Below, piece by piece: positions 24,129-31,838 of a stretch of DNA of 32,000 nucleotides (the stretch's first letter is position 1; the number at the start of each line of letters is the position of its first letter). A program made the translations under genes and the position numbers. Where the stretch lies: positions 30,001 to 62,000 of the forward strand of contig NC_000854.2 in assembly GCF_000011125.1 (NCBI RefSeq). Direction: 5' to 3'. The stretch is from Aeropyrum pernix K1. Its GTDB lineage: Archaea > Thermoproteota > Thermoprotei_A > Sulfolobales > Acidilobaceae. The notes beneath the pieces are model-generated. The model was not told where the DNA came from and ran no database searches. It saw only the letters and a list, made by a program, of their open reading frames with translations.

Positions 24129-24527
24129 ATGGAGAGAAGAGAGGACGTAATAGTTGGCAAACACGTATACGGCAGCCTATATGGTGTTCCAAGGGAGAAG
24201 GCTACCGATGAAGAGTATCTTCGAGGCGTTGTGGTCAGGGCTGCGGAGTCTGCGGGGGCGACTGTCCACGCTGTCAACTCGTGGACTATTCCGGGGGAAA
24301 AGGGGGGTGTCTCGGTTATCGTGCTAGTGCTAGAGAGCCATCTAGCTCTCCACACATGGCCGGAGTATGACTATGCTACATTTGATATCTACACCTGTGG
24401 AGAGCACACTGACCCCTGGAAGGCCTTCGAGCTACTGCTCTCAGAGCTGAAGCCCCGGAAATACACGGTACACTATGTTGACAGGAGCCAGGAGAAGACA
24501 GTTTTGGAGGCTCAACCGCGGAGGTAA
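24129..24527 (+). CDS. speH: Pyruvoyl-dependent S-adenosylmethionine decarboxylase proenzyme (SpeH type), or the crenarchaeal arginine decarboxylase paralog
   Basis: VLVLESHLALHTWPEYDYATFDIYTCG contains the E-S self-cleavage site and the HTWPE motif. ATATAAA box at 24087-24093. Confidence 0.85.
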   Translation: MERREDVIVGKHVYGSLYGVPREKATDEEYLRGVVVRAAESAGATVHAVNSWTIPGEKGGVSVIVLVLESHLALHTWPEYDYATFDIYTCGEHTDPWKAFELLLSELKPRKYTVHYVDRSQEKTVLEAQPRR

Positions 24528-26596
24528 ATTGACGAGAAGTCAGTATGCATTGTGACGGGTTTACCAGTCGCCGCCAGCACATATCCTCCCCGGAATACAA
24601 AGCTTGTAACGATCATATACCTATCCATAAGGTAGGGTACCGCGTCCTTCACGTCCGCGGGGATGCTAAGTTTTTCCAGGTGAGCCTTCTCCGTTCTCAG
24701 GACTATTTTAGTGTTAGAGAGTTGGAGTATTATATCGTGTAGATCGTTCGGGCTGTGTGTGCTAAACACGAATCCTATACCCCTCGCCCTTCCGAGCCTC
24801 GCCATTGAGGATATCATTGAGGCAACCTGTCTGCTCGCCTCCTGCTCCTCGTATCCTCCCCTTTCCTGTGGAAAGAACTGGTGTGCCTCGTCAATGATTA
24901 TTAGCAACTGTTTACTAACCCTCCTCCTAGCCCACTCGTCCTGCCTCATCCTGAGAATGCTCTGCAACACCCTGTACCCGAGAATCCTTGGAGCGAAGAC
25001 AGAGCTGCCGGATCTTGAAGCCAGCCAAGCTAGATCTACCACTACAGGAGCTCTCGCATCTGCCGCCAGCTCAATGATGAATCTCCAACTAGGCTCCAGA
25101 AGAACCCTTATCCTGCTATTCTCCACGATGGAAACGTCTACAACACCACTATCCATGAGACCCTGTATTTTCCTGTAAAGAGCCTCAGCAGTGCTCCTAT
25201 GAGGACGTATCGATGAGAGTATTTCCAGAACGAGGTCAACTAGACTCCTCATTCCGAGACCCAAAGGCTCAACCCTTGCCTGTGACAGGTTAGAGCCTCC
25301 CCCAAGTCCAACCATGAAAGCCGACATCGACTCCAAACTAGAGCTGACGACATCCTCAATCTCCGAGTTGCGTCGGGAGGCTTCTATGTAGGCAGAGAGC
25401 GCTGAAGAGAGGACATATAGGGGCGGATAGCCCGCCCTCCCGGAATACCTGTAAAACCGTTCTCTCAAAGACCTAAGTAGCTCTAGGGAGAGTCTAGTCA
25501 TGCCTGGGGCAAGCTGCGAGAGGCTCTCCCCTGGCATGTTACCACGCCTTACGCTATCGATGAAATAGGGCACTATGATGAAGGGAAGCCTATCTGACTC
25601 GCACCTCACACCCTCAGGCCTCTCTATGCAATTCCACTTTCCACCACTGGATACTAGCTGAGACAACACATCCTCATGGTAGAGCTGGGCAACGCCAGAG
25701 TAAATGTTCCTGTCTAGCTCGAGCGCATCAGAAGCAGCGTCAACACTGACAGGAACAACTATGACAGTTTTCCTTGGAGGCCTAACACTCCTGAGAACCT
25801 CTAGGTCACTCTCTCCCCTGGAGGGGATGGGTAGTTGAATGAAATCGGAGTTCATATCAAGGATAATGGGTACAATAAAATCTCCATCCTCGCTCGTTAA
25901 GGATGCTATCATGTTTTTAAGAAGCGTAGTCTTCCCGCTACCCGTCGTCCCAATAACGAGTGTGTGGTGCAGTAGAGCCTTGTATGGTAGCCTTACCGCC
26001 ACAGACCCGCCTTTCACAGGTCCATAAAGGCTCGAGAGGGCCCCCAACAAGACGCCTCCTCCAGGCAGCCCCAACATGTATCTGAGTGTCTCTGGGCTGG
26101 GATCAAACACGGGGCTCTGAGGCTCGATAGGCGTCGAGACGGGCCTAGGCTCGAGACCAGAATCCGGATCCGCTTCCAGGAGGAGCCTAACACCAGCTAT
26201 GGGGCTCGTTAATATCGACTCAGGGCTAGTAGGACCCGGGGAGCTGTTTGGAGTGAGAGGGACGTCAACACCTGCAAGAGCAAGCTCGTCAGCCCGCTTG
26301 ATAGTTGATACCACGCCCAGAATAATGTGGAGGGTCTTAGGGTCAACTATACATAGGTAGTCGCCAATCCTAACGCCGCCGCGGCTAAAATACTTTACAG
26401 TATCAACTTCAACTTCGACGATAGAGCCTGGGGAAGTCGTCACAGGGCTATACCGGGTAACCCTCCCCACAACCTCACCCATCCTGTTGGCCTTACTATA
26501 GGCGCTGTGAATCCTCTCGGACATGATCGACAAGTCGAGTTCGCTTCTAGATACTGTTCTTGACCCGCCCTCACCTATGTAACCGTCCTCCACCAC
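24512..26596 (-). CDS. herA: HerA-like (FtsK/HerA superfamily, DUF87-type) hexameric ATPase/helicase, expanded form
   Basis: Beta-rich N-terminal region (HAS-barrel-like). Walker A GTTGSGKT at 25928-25951. Walker B LLIIIDEAHQF with DEAH at 24881-24892. Overlaps nurA by 22 nt. Confidence 0.85.
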   Translation of the reverse strand: MVEDGYIGEGGSRTVSRSELDLSIMSERIHSAYSKANRMGEVVGRVTRYSPVTTSPGSIVEVEVDTVKYFSRGGVRIGDYLCIVDPKTLHIILGVVSTIKRADELALAGVDVPLTPNSSPGPTSPESILTSPIAGVRLLLEADPDSGLEPRPVSTPIEPQSPVFDPSPETLRYMLGLPGGGVLLGALSSLYGPVKGGSVAVRLPYKALLHHTLVIGTTGSGKTTLLKNMIASLTSEDGDFIVPIILDMNSDFIQLPIPSRGESDLEVLRSVRPPRKTVIVVPVSVDAASDALELDRNIYSGVAQLYHEDVLSQLVSSGGKWNCIERPEGVRCESDRLPFIIVPYFIDSVRRGNMPGESLSQLAPGMTRLSLELLRSLRERFYRYSGRAGYPPLYVLSSALSAYIEASRRNSEIEDVVSSSLESMSAFMVGLGGGSNLSQARVEPLGLGMRSLVDLVLEILSSIRPHRSTAEALYRKIQGLMDSGVVDVSIVENSRIRVLLEPSWRFIIELAADARAPVVVDLAWLASRSGSSVFAPRILGYRVLQSILRMRQDEWARRRVSKQLLIIIDEAHQFFPQERGGYEEQEASRQVASMISSMARLGRARGIGFVFSTHSPNDLHDIILQLSNTKIVLRTEKAHLEKLSIPADVKDAVPYLMDRYMIVTSFVFRGGYVLAATGKPVTMHTDFSSIYLRG

Positions 26597-27759
26597 ACAT
26601 CACCTTCAAACAACATTGAATAGCTAACCCTAGCTCCCTTGCTCTTCAGGCCTGATAGGACTATCCGTTTTAAGGCCATGCTTATGCTTCTAGCTCTCCT
26701 GTCGCTCCTCGCGAGAGTAACCGGCTCCAGAGACCCTCTAAGCAGCGTCTCGCTGAGAACAATGTGATAAGGCCTAAACCCATAGCCTTCGAGCAGCCTC
26801 AAACTATGCCTAGTATACTCTATCCTATACACCCTCCTTTTCGGAGAGAAGAGCTGGTAACGCCCACCAGGGAGAATCAGATATTCAAAGAGCTTCTCAT
26901 CTCCATTTCCATATACAACTCTGGAGAGGAGCGACTTGAGCGCATAACCAGGCCTCCACTTATGGCATCCATACCCAACGGCCGCTTCTATAATTGCCGA
27001 GTCAGAAGCTCTGGGAGCAAAACCAAGGCAATCTTCCAACAATTCAAGATAAGCGTTTGCTCGAGAGAGTAGTGTAGACGCTTCTATTCTCTTGACATAA
27101 CCAATAACAGGGACTCCAAGAGCCTCGATACTGGCTATAATTCTTTGCCTCTCCCTATACAGCTCGCTCCACACATCCCCGATACGAGTTGAGAGCTTCG
27201 CCAGAATACTCCCGTTCAGTATGGGACCGTCAATAATTACCGCTGACGCATAATCTTCAGGATAGCGATCTTCTATTAGCCTCTCCAGTAGGTAAGATAA
27301 CATTGCGTTCTCTAGAGAAAACCGGAGTATATCAGAGTAAGCATCCCCAAGGTGGGGGTCTGGCTCGCCCGCAAGGTTAAGCCTGTCTAAGACTAGGTAT
27401 GGTCTAATGTTAAGACTCACTAATGGCTTCTCGAAAGAAGGATAATCAGCCTCGAGCCTCTTTAGCCTGCTGCTCAGGGAAACAGCTCCTATTAGAATCA
27501 GATGTAGAGGTGTTTCGACTGTTCTACTACTCGAGTCAATCGCGTAAACATCACCCAGGGAGCCTGCCTCCTTTATTTTTACTGTTTTTAACGGGTAGGA
27601 ATAGTATTCTTCTATGATCACGTTCTCGACATCCTCGATTCCCTCTTCGGATATTATCATGAGATCCTCTAGGCTCAACGGTCTGTTTGATAGTCTGGCC
27701 TCGCCTAATTTTCCTGTCACTGTGCTGGCGATCTCGCTGACCACTTCTATGGCTAACAA
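26575..27759 (-). CDS. nurA: NurA-domain nuclease
   Basis: Acidic motifs VYAIDSSSR and AVIIDGPILNG are typical of the NurA RNase H-like fold. Overlaps the herA-like gene downstream, which suggests translational coupling. Confidence 0.7.
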   Translation of the reverse strand: MLAIEVVSEIASTVTGKLGEARLSNRPLSLEDLMIISEEGIEDVENVIIEEYYSYPLKTVKIKEAGSLGDVYAIDSSSRTVETPLHLILIGAVSLSSRLKRLEADYPSFEKPLVSLNIRPYLVLDRLNLAGEPDPHLGDAYSDILRFSLENAMLSYLLERLIEDRYPEDYASAVIIDGPILNGSILAKLSTRIGDVWSELYRERQRIIASIEALGVPVIGYVKRIEASTLLSRANAYLELLEDCLGFAPRASDSAIIEAAVGYGCHKWRPGYALKSLLSRVVYGNGDEKLFEYLILPGGRYQLFSPKRRVYRIEYTRHSLRLLEGYGFRPYHIVLSETLLRGSLEPVTLARSDRRARSISMALKRIVLSGLKSKGARVSYSMLFEGDVWWRTVT

Positions 27760-27777
27760 CCCGCGGGCCCCAGAGTC

Positions 27778-27785
27778 ATAATAAA
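27778..27785 (-). promoter_or_regulatory. TATA-like box (TTTATTAT on the minus strand) for nurA-herA
   Basis: Lies 19-26 nt upstream of the TTG at 27759, with GTG 27744 just downstream. This implies a leaderless or near-leaderless transcript and an independent promoter. Confidence 0.4.
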
Positions 27786-27822
27786 TGGTATTACCGTAAA
27801 AGACTAGAGCTAAGAGTCGAGT

Positions 27823-28536
27823 TTAAACCCTAAACCCTCTCGATTTGAGGCACTCCCTTATAACATTATCCATTCTATCAACGGGGCCGCCGTGCCTGTG
27901 GACCCGCCACATATTGTTAACAAACTTTTCCCCCAAGCTCATATACGCCTTCACCTTATCCTCAAGATCGCCGTAAGAGTTCCAGCCAGCAAGAGCTTCT
28001 ACTGGAGCCCTCGGCGTTAAAGGCGGCAGCTCGCCTTTAGGCTTACCAACTAGCAAGCCTGCTACCGGGACGACATAACTGGGTAGGCCAAGTATATCGG
28101 CGACCTCGCACGGGTTTCCATAAGCAGCAATTATGTTGACGACGTAGCCTAGATCCTCGGCCACAGCTATAGACCAGGCGAGAGCGACACTAGCCGAGAT
28201 ATATCCTTGGAGTAGCTCCGTTAACCCGGGCTCCCTGGCCTCTAGACCAAGAAGCTTGATAGACTCAAGCACTTTCGCATAATCAACACTGAAGACAAAA
28301 AACACTGGCGCCTCTTTTATCTGCTCCTGTCCCCAGAGGGCATCGGAGAGGCGAGACTTCAGCTTACTATCCGTCACTACTGTCACATGGACAGGCTGTA
28401 TGTTCCAAGGGCTCACGTGCCGTCTGGCCGCCTCAAGAATCTTCCTGATATCCTCCTGGGGAATCGGCTCTGTAGAGAAGCTTCTAACACTTCTGTGACG
28501 ACTTATAACGGAGAAACAGCAACCCCTATCCTCCAC
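27823..28536 (-). CDS. Nitroreductase-family (FMN-dependent) protein
   Basis: RHRSVRSFSTEPIPQEDIRKILEAARRHVSPWNIQPVHVTVV. I prefer GTG 28536 (GGTGG 6 nt upstream). The longest ORF extends to TTG 28614 with an atypical N-terminus. Confidence 0.8.
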   Translation of the reverse strand: MEDRGCCFSVISRHRSVRSFSTEPIPQEDIRKILEAARRHVSPWNIQPVHVTVVTDSKLKSRLSDALWGQEQIKEAPVFFVFSVDYAKVLESIKLLGLEAREPGLTELLQGYISASVALAWSIAVAEDLGYVVNIIAAYGNPCEVADILGLPSYVVPVAGLLVGKPKGELPPLTPRAPVEALAGWNSYGDLEDKVKAYMSLGEKFVNNMWRVHRHGGPVDRMDNVIRECLKSRGFRV

Positions 28537-28606
28537 TGAAGACCACCGGAGAAACTTGAAAGGAAAGGAAAGGAATAAAGAGGATGTCCTATCCCGTTTC
28601 ACGCTA

Positions 28607-29266
28607 CTATTCAATAATCCTATAGAGAGACCAGCCGATATTCTCTAAGATGGCCCTGAGGCCGGGGAAGCCGATGGTAGGTCTAGCTCTACCCTTGGCA
28701 ATAGCTTCGACTACACCTTCAGCGCTCTCGTTGTCGGAATCTACAAGTGCCGGGGCTACACCTACCATTGACGGTACGTGAGCATCACTACCGGAGACTG
28801 GTGTGTGATTCAGGTCCTCGGCCAGCCTAATAGCCATGAAGTTGAAGTGTGGGGGCGTGTAGGCATTCCAAACCTCTATAGCGTCAAATAAGCTAGCCGC
28901 CCGCCTTATAGCATCAAGAGGGATACCGTGATATCTGCTGTAGCCTGGGTGGGCTGCGATGGTCACACAACCCCTTTCGACAGCCCACTCTCTGAGCTCC
29001 TCGATAGCCCGGGGAAAATCGTCGCTCACATCGTTTGAGCACAAGACAACTACGTCGCCCCATTCACTCCTAACTTCTGCTGCAGGTATTACGGCGACGC
29101 CTCCAAGAAGTTTTGCAGCCCGCTTTGCAAGGCTAGAGCCCCTGAAAGTGTCGTGATCCGTCACAGCTATGGCAGCGAGGCCGGCCTTAGCAGCTATCTT
29201 TACAATCTCCATTGGAGTTTGGAACCCGTCGCTAACAGTTGTATGGCTATGTAGCTCAACAAGCAT
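28607..29266 (-). CDS. PHP-domain metal-dependent phosphoesterase
   Basis: MLVELHSHTTVSDG, AVTDHDT and GSDAHVPSMVG are PHP His/Asp motifs. The longer ORF to 29398 adds an odd 44-aa extension and would overlap the divergent gene at 29379. Confidence 0.8.
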   Translation of the reverse strand: MLVELHSHTTVSDGFQTPMEIVKIAAKAGLAAIAVTDHDTFRGSSLAKRAAKLLGGVAVIPAAEVRSEWGDVVVLCSNDVSDDFPRAIEELREWAVERGCVTIAAHPGYSRYHGIPLDAIRRAASLFDAIEVWNAYTPPHFNFMAIRLAEDLNHTPVSGSDAHVPSMVGVAPALVDSDNESAEGVVEAIAKGRARPTIGFPGLRAILENIGWSLYRIIE

Positions 29267-29378
29267 CAATTTAACCACCACGATGACATAATTACTTGGA
29301 GGCAACATATACTGGCAGCACACAAAGGGCTTTATCATAGATAATCTGATACAATAACCAGGGCGCCGGTGTAGAGTA

Positions 29379-29825
29379 TTGCTAAAGCCCGGGGACAAGC
29401 TACCGCCCCTTACTGGCCGGTCGATAAACGGATCCTACATAAGGCTAACTAGCGAGCACCTACCGCCTGGGGGTGCTGTAATAGTAGTATCGACCTCGGA
29501 ATCTAGGCTTAAGCCTTTTGAAAGACTCCAGGACGAGTTTTACAGGTTGAAATCCTCTATACTTGCTATAGTTCCAGGTAGGCCACCAGCCAAGAGCAGG
29601 CTTCGAAGTCTAGGAAAGCTCACAATCATATATGATCCAGGGCTGGAGTATTTGACAATGATAGGCCTAGCCCGTAGAAGCTTTTTAAAGATTTCAAGGG
29701 TAAAAGATGCAGTTATCATTGTTGACGATAGTCTCAGAGTCAAAGCCATATTCATGGGGTCAAAATTCGAGAACCTAGCATTAAGAGCCTTGGAGGTGCT
29801 GAGGGAAAATCTAGGTAGCGGCTAA
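29379..29825 (+). CDS. Peroxiredoxin/thioredoxin-fold protein lacking any cysteine (degenerate Bcp paralog)
   Basis: Collinear with the adjacent Bcp by eye (GDKLPPL.., AVIVV.., DAVIIVDDSLRVKAIF), but the PGCT peroxidatic site is replaced by STSES and the whole ORF has no Cys. TTG start. Confidence 0.6.
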   Translation: MLKPGDKLPPLTGRSINGSYIRLTSEHLPPGGAVIVVSTSESRLKPFERLQDEFYRLKSSILAIVPGRPPAKSRLRSLGKLTIIYDPGLEYLTMIGLARRSFLKISRVKDAVIIVDDSLRVKAIFMGSKFENLALRALEVLRENLGSG

Positions 29826-29909
29826 ACATAGAGCCTGGGGAAGAGTACTTACTTGTTAATATAACCAGCTCGGTAGCAATATATCTCTGGAACTTAAGGT
29901 GGTGTCAGA

Positions 29910-30401
29910 GTGCCTGGCGTAGGAGAGCAGGCCCCCGATTTCGAGGGTATTGCTCATACGGGGGAGAAAATTAGGCTAAGTGATTTTAGAGGTAGGATAG
30001 TTGTGCTTTACTTTTACCCGAGGGCTATGACCCCAGGTTGCACGAGGGAAGGAGTCCGTTTTAACGAGCTGTTAGACGAGTTCGAGAAGCTTGGAGCCGT
30101 TGTTATAGGTGTTTCTACCGATAGTGTTGAGAAGAACAGAAAGTTCGCGGAGAAGCATGGGTTCAGGTTCAAGCTAGTGAGCGATGAAAAAGGGGAGATT
30201 GGGATGAAGTATGGTGTCGTCAGAGGAGAAGGCTCCAACTTAGCCGCGGAAAGAGTGACTTTTATAATAGATCGTGAAGGGAACATAAGAGCTATCCTTA
30301 GGAATATAAGGCCTGCGGAGAAGCACGCTGATCTAGCTTTAGAGGAAGTCAAGAAACTCGTTCTTGGCAAGAAGGCTGAAAGGGCAGGGGAAGTAATATA
30401 G
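29910..30401 (+). CDS. bcp: Thiol peroxidase Bcp/PrxQ (peroxiredoxin)
   Basis: GEQAPDFEG, VLYFYPRAMTPGCTRE, GVSTDSVEKNRKFAEKHGF. Confidence 0.9.
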   Translation: MPGVGEQAPDFEGIAHTGEKIRLSDFRGRIVVLYFYPRAMTPGCTREGVRFNELLDEFEKLGAVVIGVSTDSVEKNRKFAEKHGFRFKLVSDEKGEIGMKYGVVRGEGSNLAAERVTFIIDREGNIRAILRNIRPAEKHADLALEEVKKLVLGKKAERAGEVI

Positions 30402-30405
30402 GTTC

Positions 30406-30720
30406 TCAGCCTTTAACAGCTTCAACAAGCTTTTTGGATAGAATGCCGGCGAGCCTCTCCACTTCAATGCGAACATTGTCGATGGAATTTTTAATCTCCT
30501 CGCTCTCGGCTATCCTTGCAGCTTCTTTAAGCCTGACTATTGTGTAGAGTAGCACCTCGTTCGCATCTAGTAGGGCTACGGCGTCTCCCGAGGGTTTTTT
30601 CAACGTAGATTCTGCCAGACACTCAAAATGAACAGCTCCCTGTCCTGGAATGAATGTAAACCTTTGACCCTCTATGATAGTGCCACCGCATATGCTGCAC
30701 TCCCATGTCTTGAGCCCCAT
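30406..30720 (-). CDS. Small Zn-ribbon protein, DUF2175-like (archaeal)
   Basis: MGLKTWECSICGGTIIEGQRFTFIPGQGAVHFEC. ATG 30720 is preceded by GGTGAGGTG and an ATTAAAAAT box (30755-30763, minus strand). The longer ORF to 30825 would be encoded by an AT-rich repeat cluster. Confidence 0.6.
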   Translation of the reverse strand: MGLKTWECSICGGTIIEGQRFTFIPGQGAVHFECLAESTLKKPSGDAVALLDANEVLLYTIVRLKEAARIAESEEIKNSIDNVRIEVERLAGILSKKLVEAVKG

Positions 30721-30791
30721 CCAACCCACCTCACCCTTAATACCGTGAGTGAGGATTTTTAATCCGTTATGATCTGGCGACCGCCTTTCTA

Positions 30792-30824
30792 TGTTAAACA
30801 GGGTTTGTTTAACGCTGTTAAACA
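30792..30824. repeat. Three alternating copies of TGTTAAACA / TGTTTAAC in the divergent promoter region
   Basis: GTTAAAC at 30793-30799, its reverse complement GTTTAAC at 30807-30813, GTTAAAC at 30817-30823. AAATCTA is repeated at 30829-30835 and 30844-30850. Confidence 0.35.
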
Positions 30825-30866
30825 TTTAAAATCTAGATGTAACAAATCTAAATAGGGGGGTCAAGG

Positions 30867-31838
30867 TTGTCTTCAGAGCGAGTTACACTGTTCAAGAGGA
30901 GGGTTCAGAAGCTCGGGGGCTCCAGCCTTATAATTACTCTTCCGAAGCAATGGATAAACAAGATGAACATTAATGCTGGAGACGTCCTGGTGGTTGTCGA
31001 TGAGGGAGAGTATCTCAAGATTATCCCGGAAAACTTCTCTCCTCCGGTTAGGAGCCTGAGTGTTAGCATAAATAGCCTGCCGAAGGATGACGAGGAGAAG
31101 GTTAGGTTTATCAAGTGCGCATATGGCCATGGCTACGATCGCGTTACAGTTTTTACCGAGAATACGAGGAACGGGGGTGTAGCTTTATTCAAGAACGGCG
31201 AGATATTGGATAGAATGGCTAAGGAACTTCCAATATCTAAGATTAGCGTTTCCAGCAACGCTGTTTTAATCGAGTTTTCGAGGGACAGCGACGATAGTAT
31301 AAACCCGAGCCTCAAGCTGAAACTGTATTCTGGAGCCCTGAATGCAGTGTTGGACAACATAGCCAAGGGTAGGATTGATAATGCCGAGGAAGATCTAGCT
31401 AAGCTCTACAGCCTCTCCCTAGACATCGCTAGGAGTTCTGTAAGAAAGTCTTTAGGTTTTAGCTGCGAAACGTCCAGGCTTACATATATATCTGGGTTCT
31501 TCCTGGCCTTAGCAGAGACTATTTCGCTGTTGACAGACTACCTGTCGAGCGGGAGGAGGCTTTCGAGGAAGGATATAGACCTACTGGAGGATACGAGGAG
31601 TCTCCTCCTAGAAACACTCGGCTCCCTGGCAACAGGAAGTGTTAAACGTGTGGAACATGCTAAAGAGGCTGCTGAGAAGTTGAGGGAGGTTCTCGTGAGT
31701 AATGGAGAGAATATAAGCACGCCTGTCTACAGTCTGTCAGTAAATGCTGTGTCACTAGTAAGGACCGTAGCAGAGCTTTCACTGTGCAAGCTAAAAGAAA
31801 AGGAGCAGGGGGATCTAGTCGGAATAAGGGTAAAATAG
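30867..31838 (+). CDS. AbrB/SpoVT DNA-binding domain fused to a PhoU-like helical domain (archaeal phosphate-uptake-regulator-like)
   Basis: RVQKLGGSSLIITLPKQWINKMNINAGDVLVV is an AbrB/SpoVT swapped-hairpin motif. The helical C-terminal two thirds look PhoU-like. TTG start. Confidence 0.75.
   Translation: MSSERVTLFKRRVQKLGGSSLIITLPKQWINKMNINAGDVLVVVDEGEYLKIIPENFSPPVRSLSVSINSLPKDDEEKVRFIKCAYGHGYDRVTVFTENTRNGGVALFKNGEILDRMAKELPISKISVSSNAVLIEFSRDSDDSINPSLKLKLYSGALNAVLDNIAKGRIDNAEEDLAKLYSLSLDIARSSVRKSLGFSCETSRLTYISGFFLALAETISLLTDYLSSGRRLSRKDIDLLEDTRSLLLETLGSLATGSVKRVEHAKEAAEKLREVLVSNGENISTPVYSLSVNAVSLVRTVAELSLCKLKEKEQGDLVGIRVK

Noticed and set aside
27823-29266. Idea that the PHP phosphoesterase and nitroreductase form one operon or system with nurA-herA, with the PHP protein acting as an Mre11-like nuclease substitute
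   Set aside because: A 63-nt gap with a TATA-like box (27778-27785) separates them from nurA, and the nitroreductase has no obvious DNA-related role. Without neighbourhood conservation data this is too speculative to report as a finding.
28607-29398. Long versions of several ORFs (PHP protein to 29398, DUF2175-like to 30825, EamA to 23049, nitroreductase to 28614)
   Set aside because: The N-terminal extensions lack family-like sequence. In two cases they would run through TATA-like boxes or repeats, or overlap a divergent gene. Internal starts with SD-like GGTG/GGAGG or TATA support give family-typical N-termini. The start calls remain uncertain.
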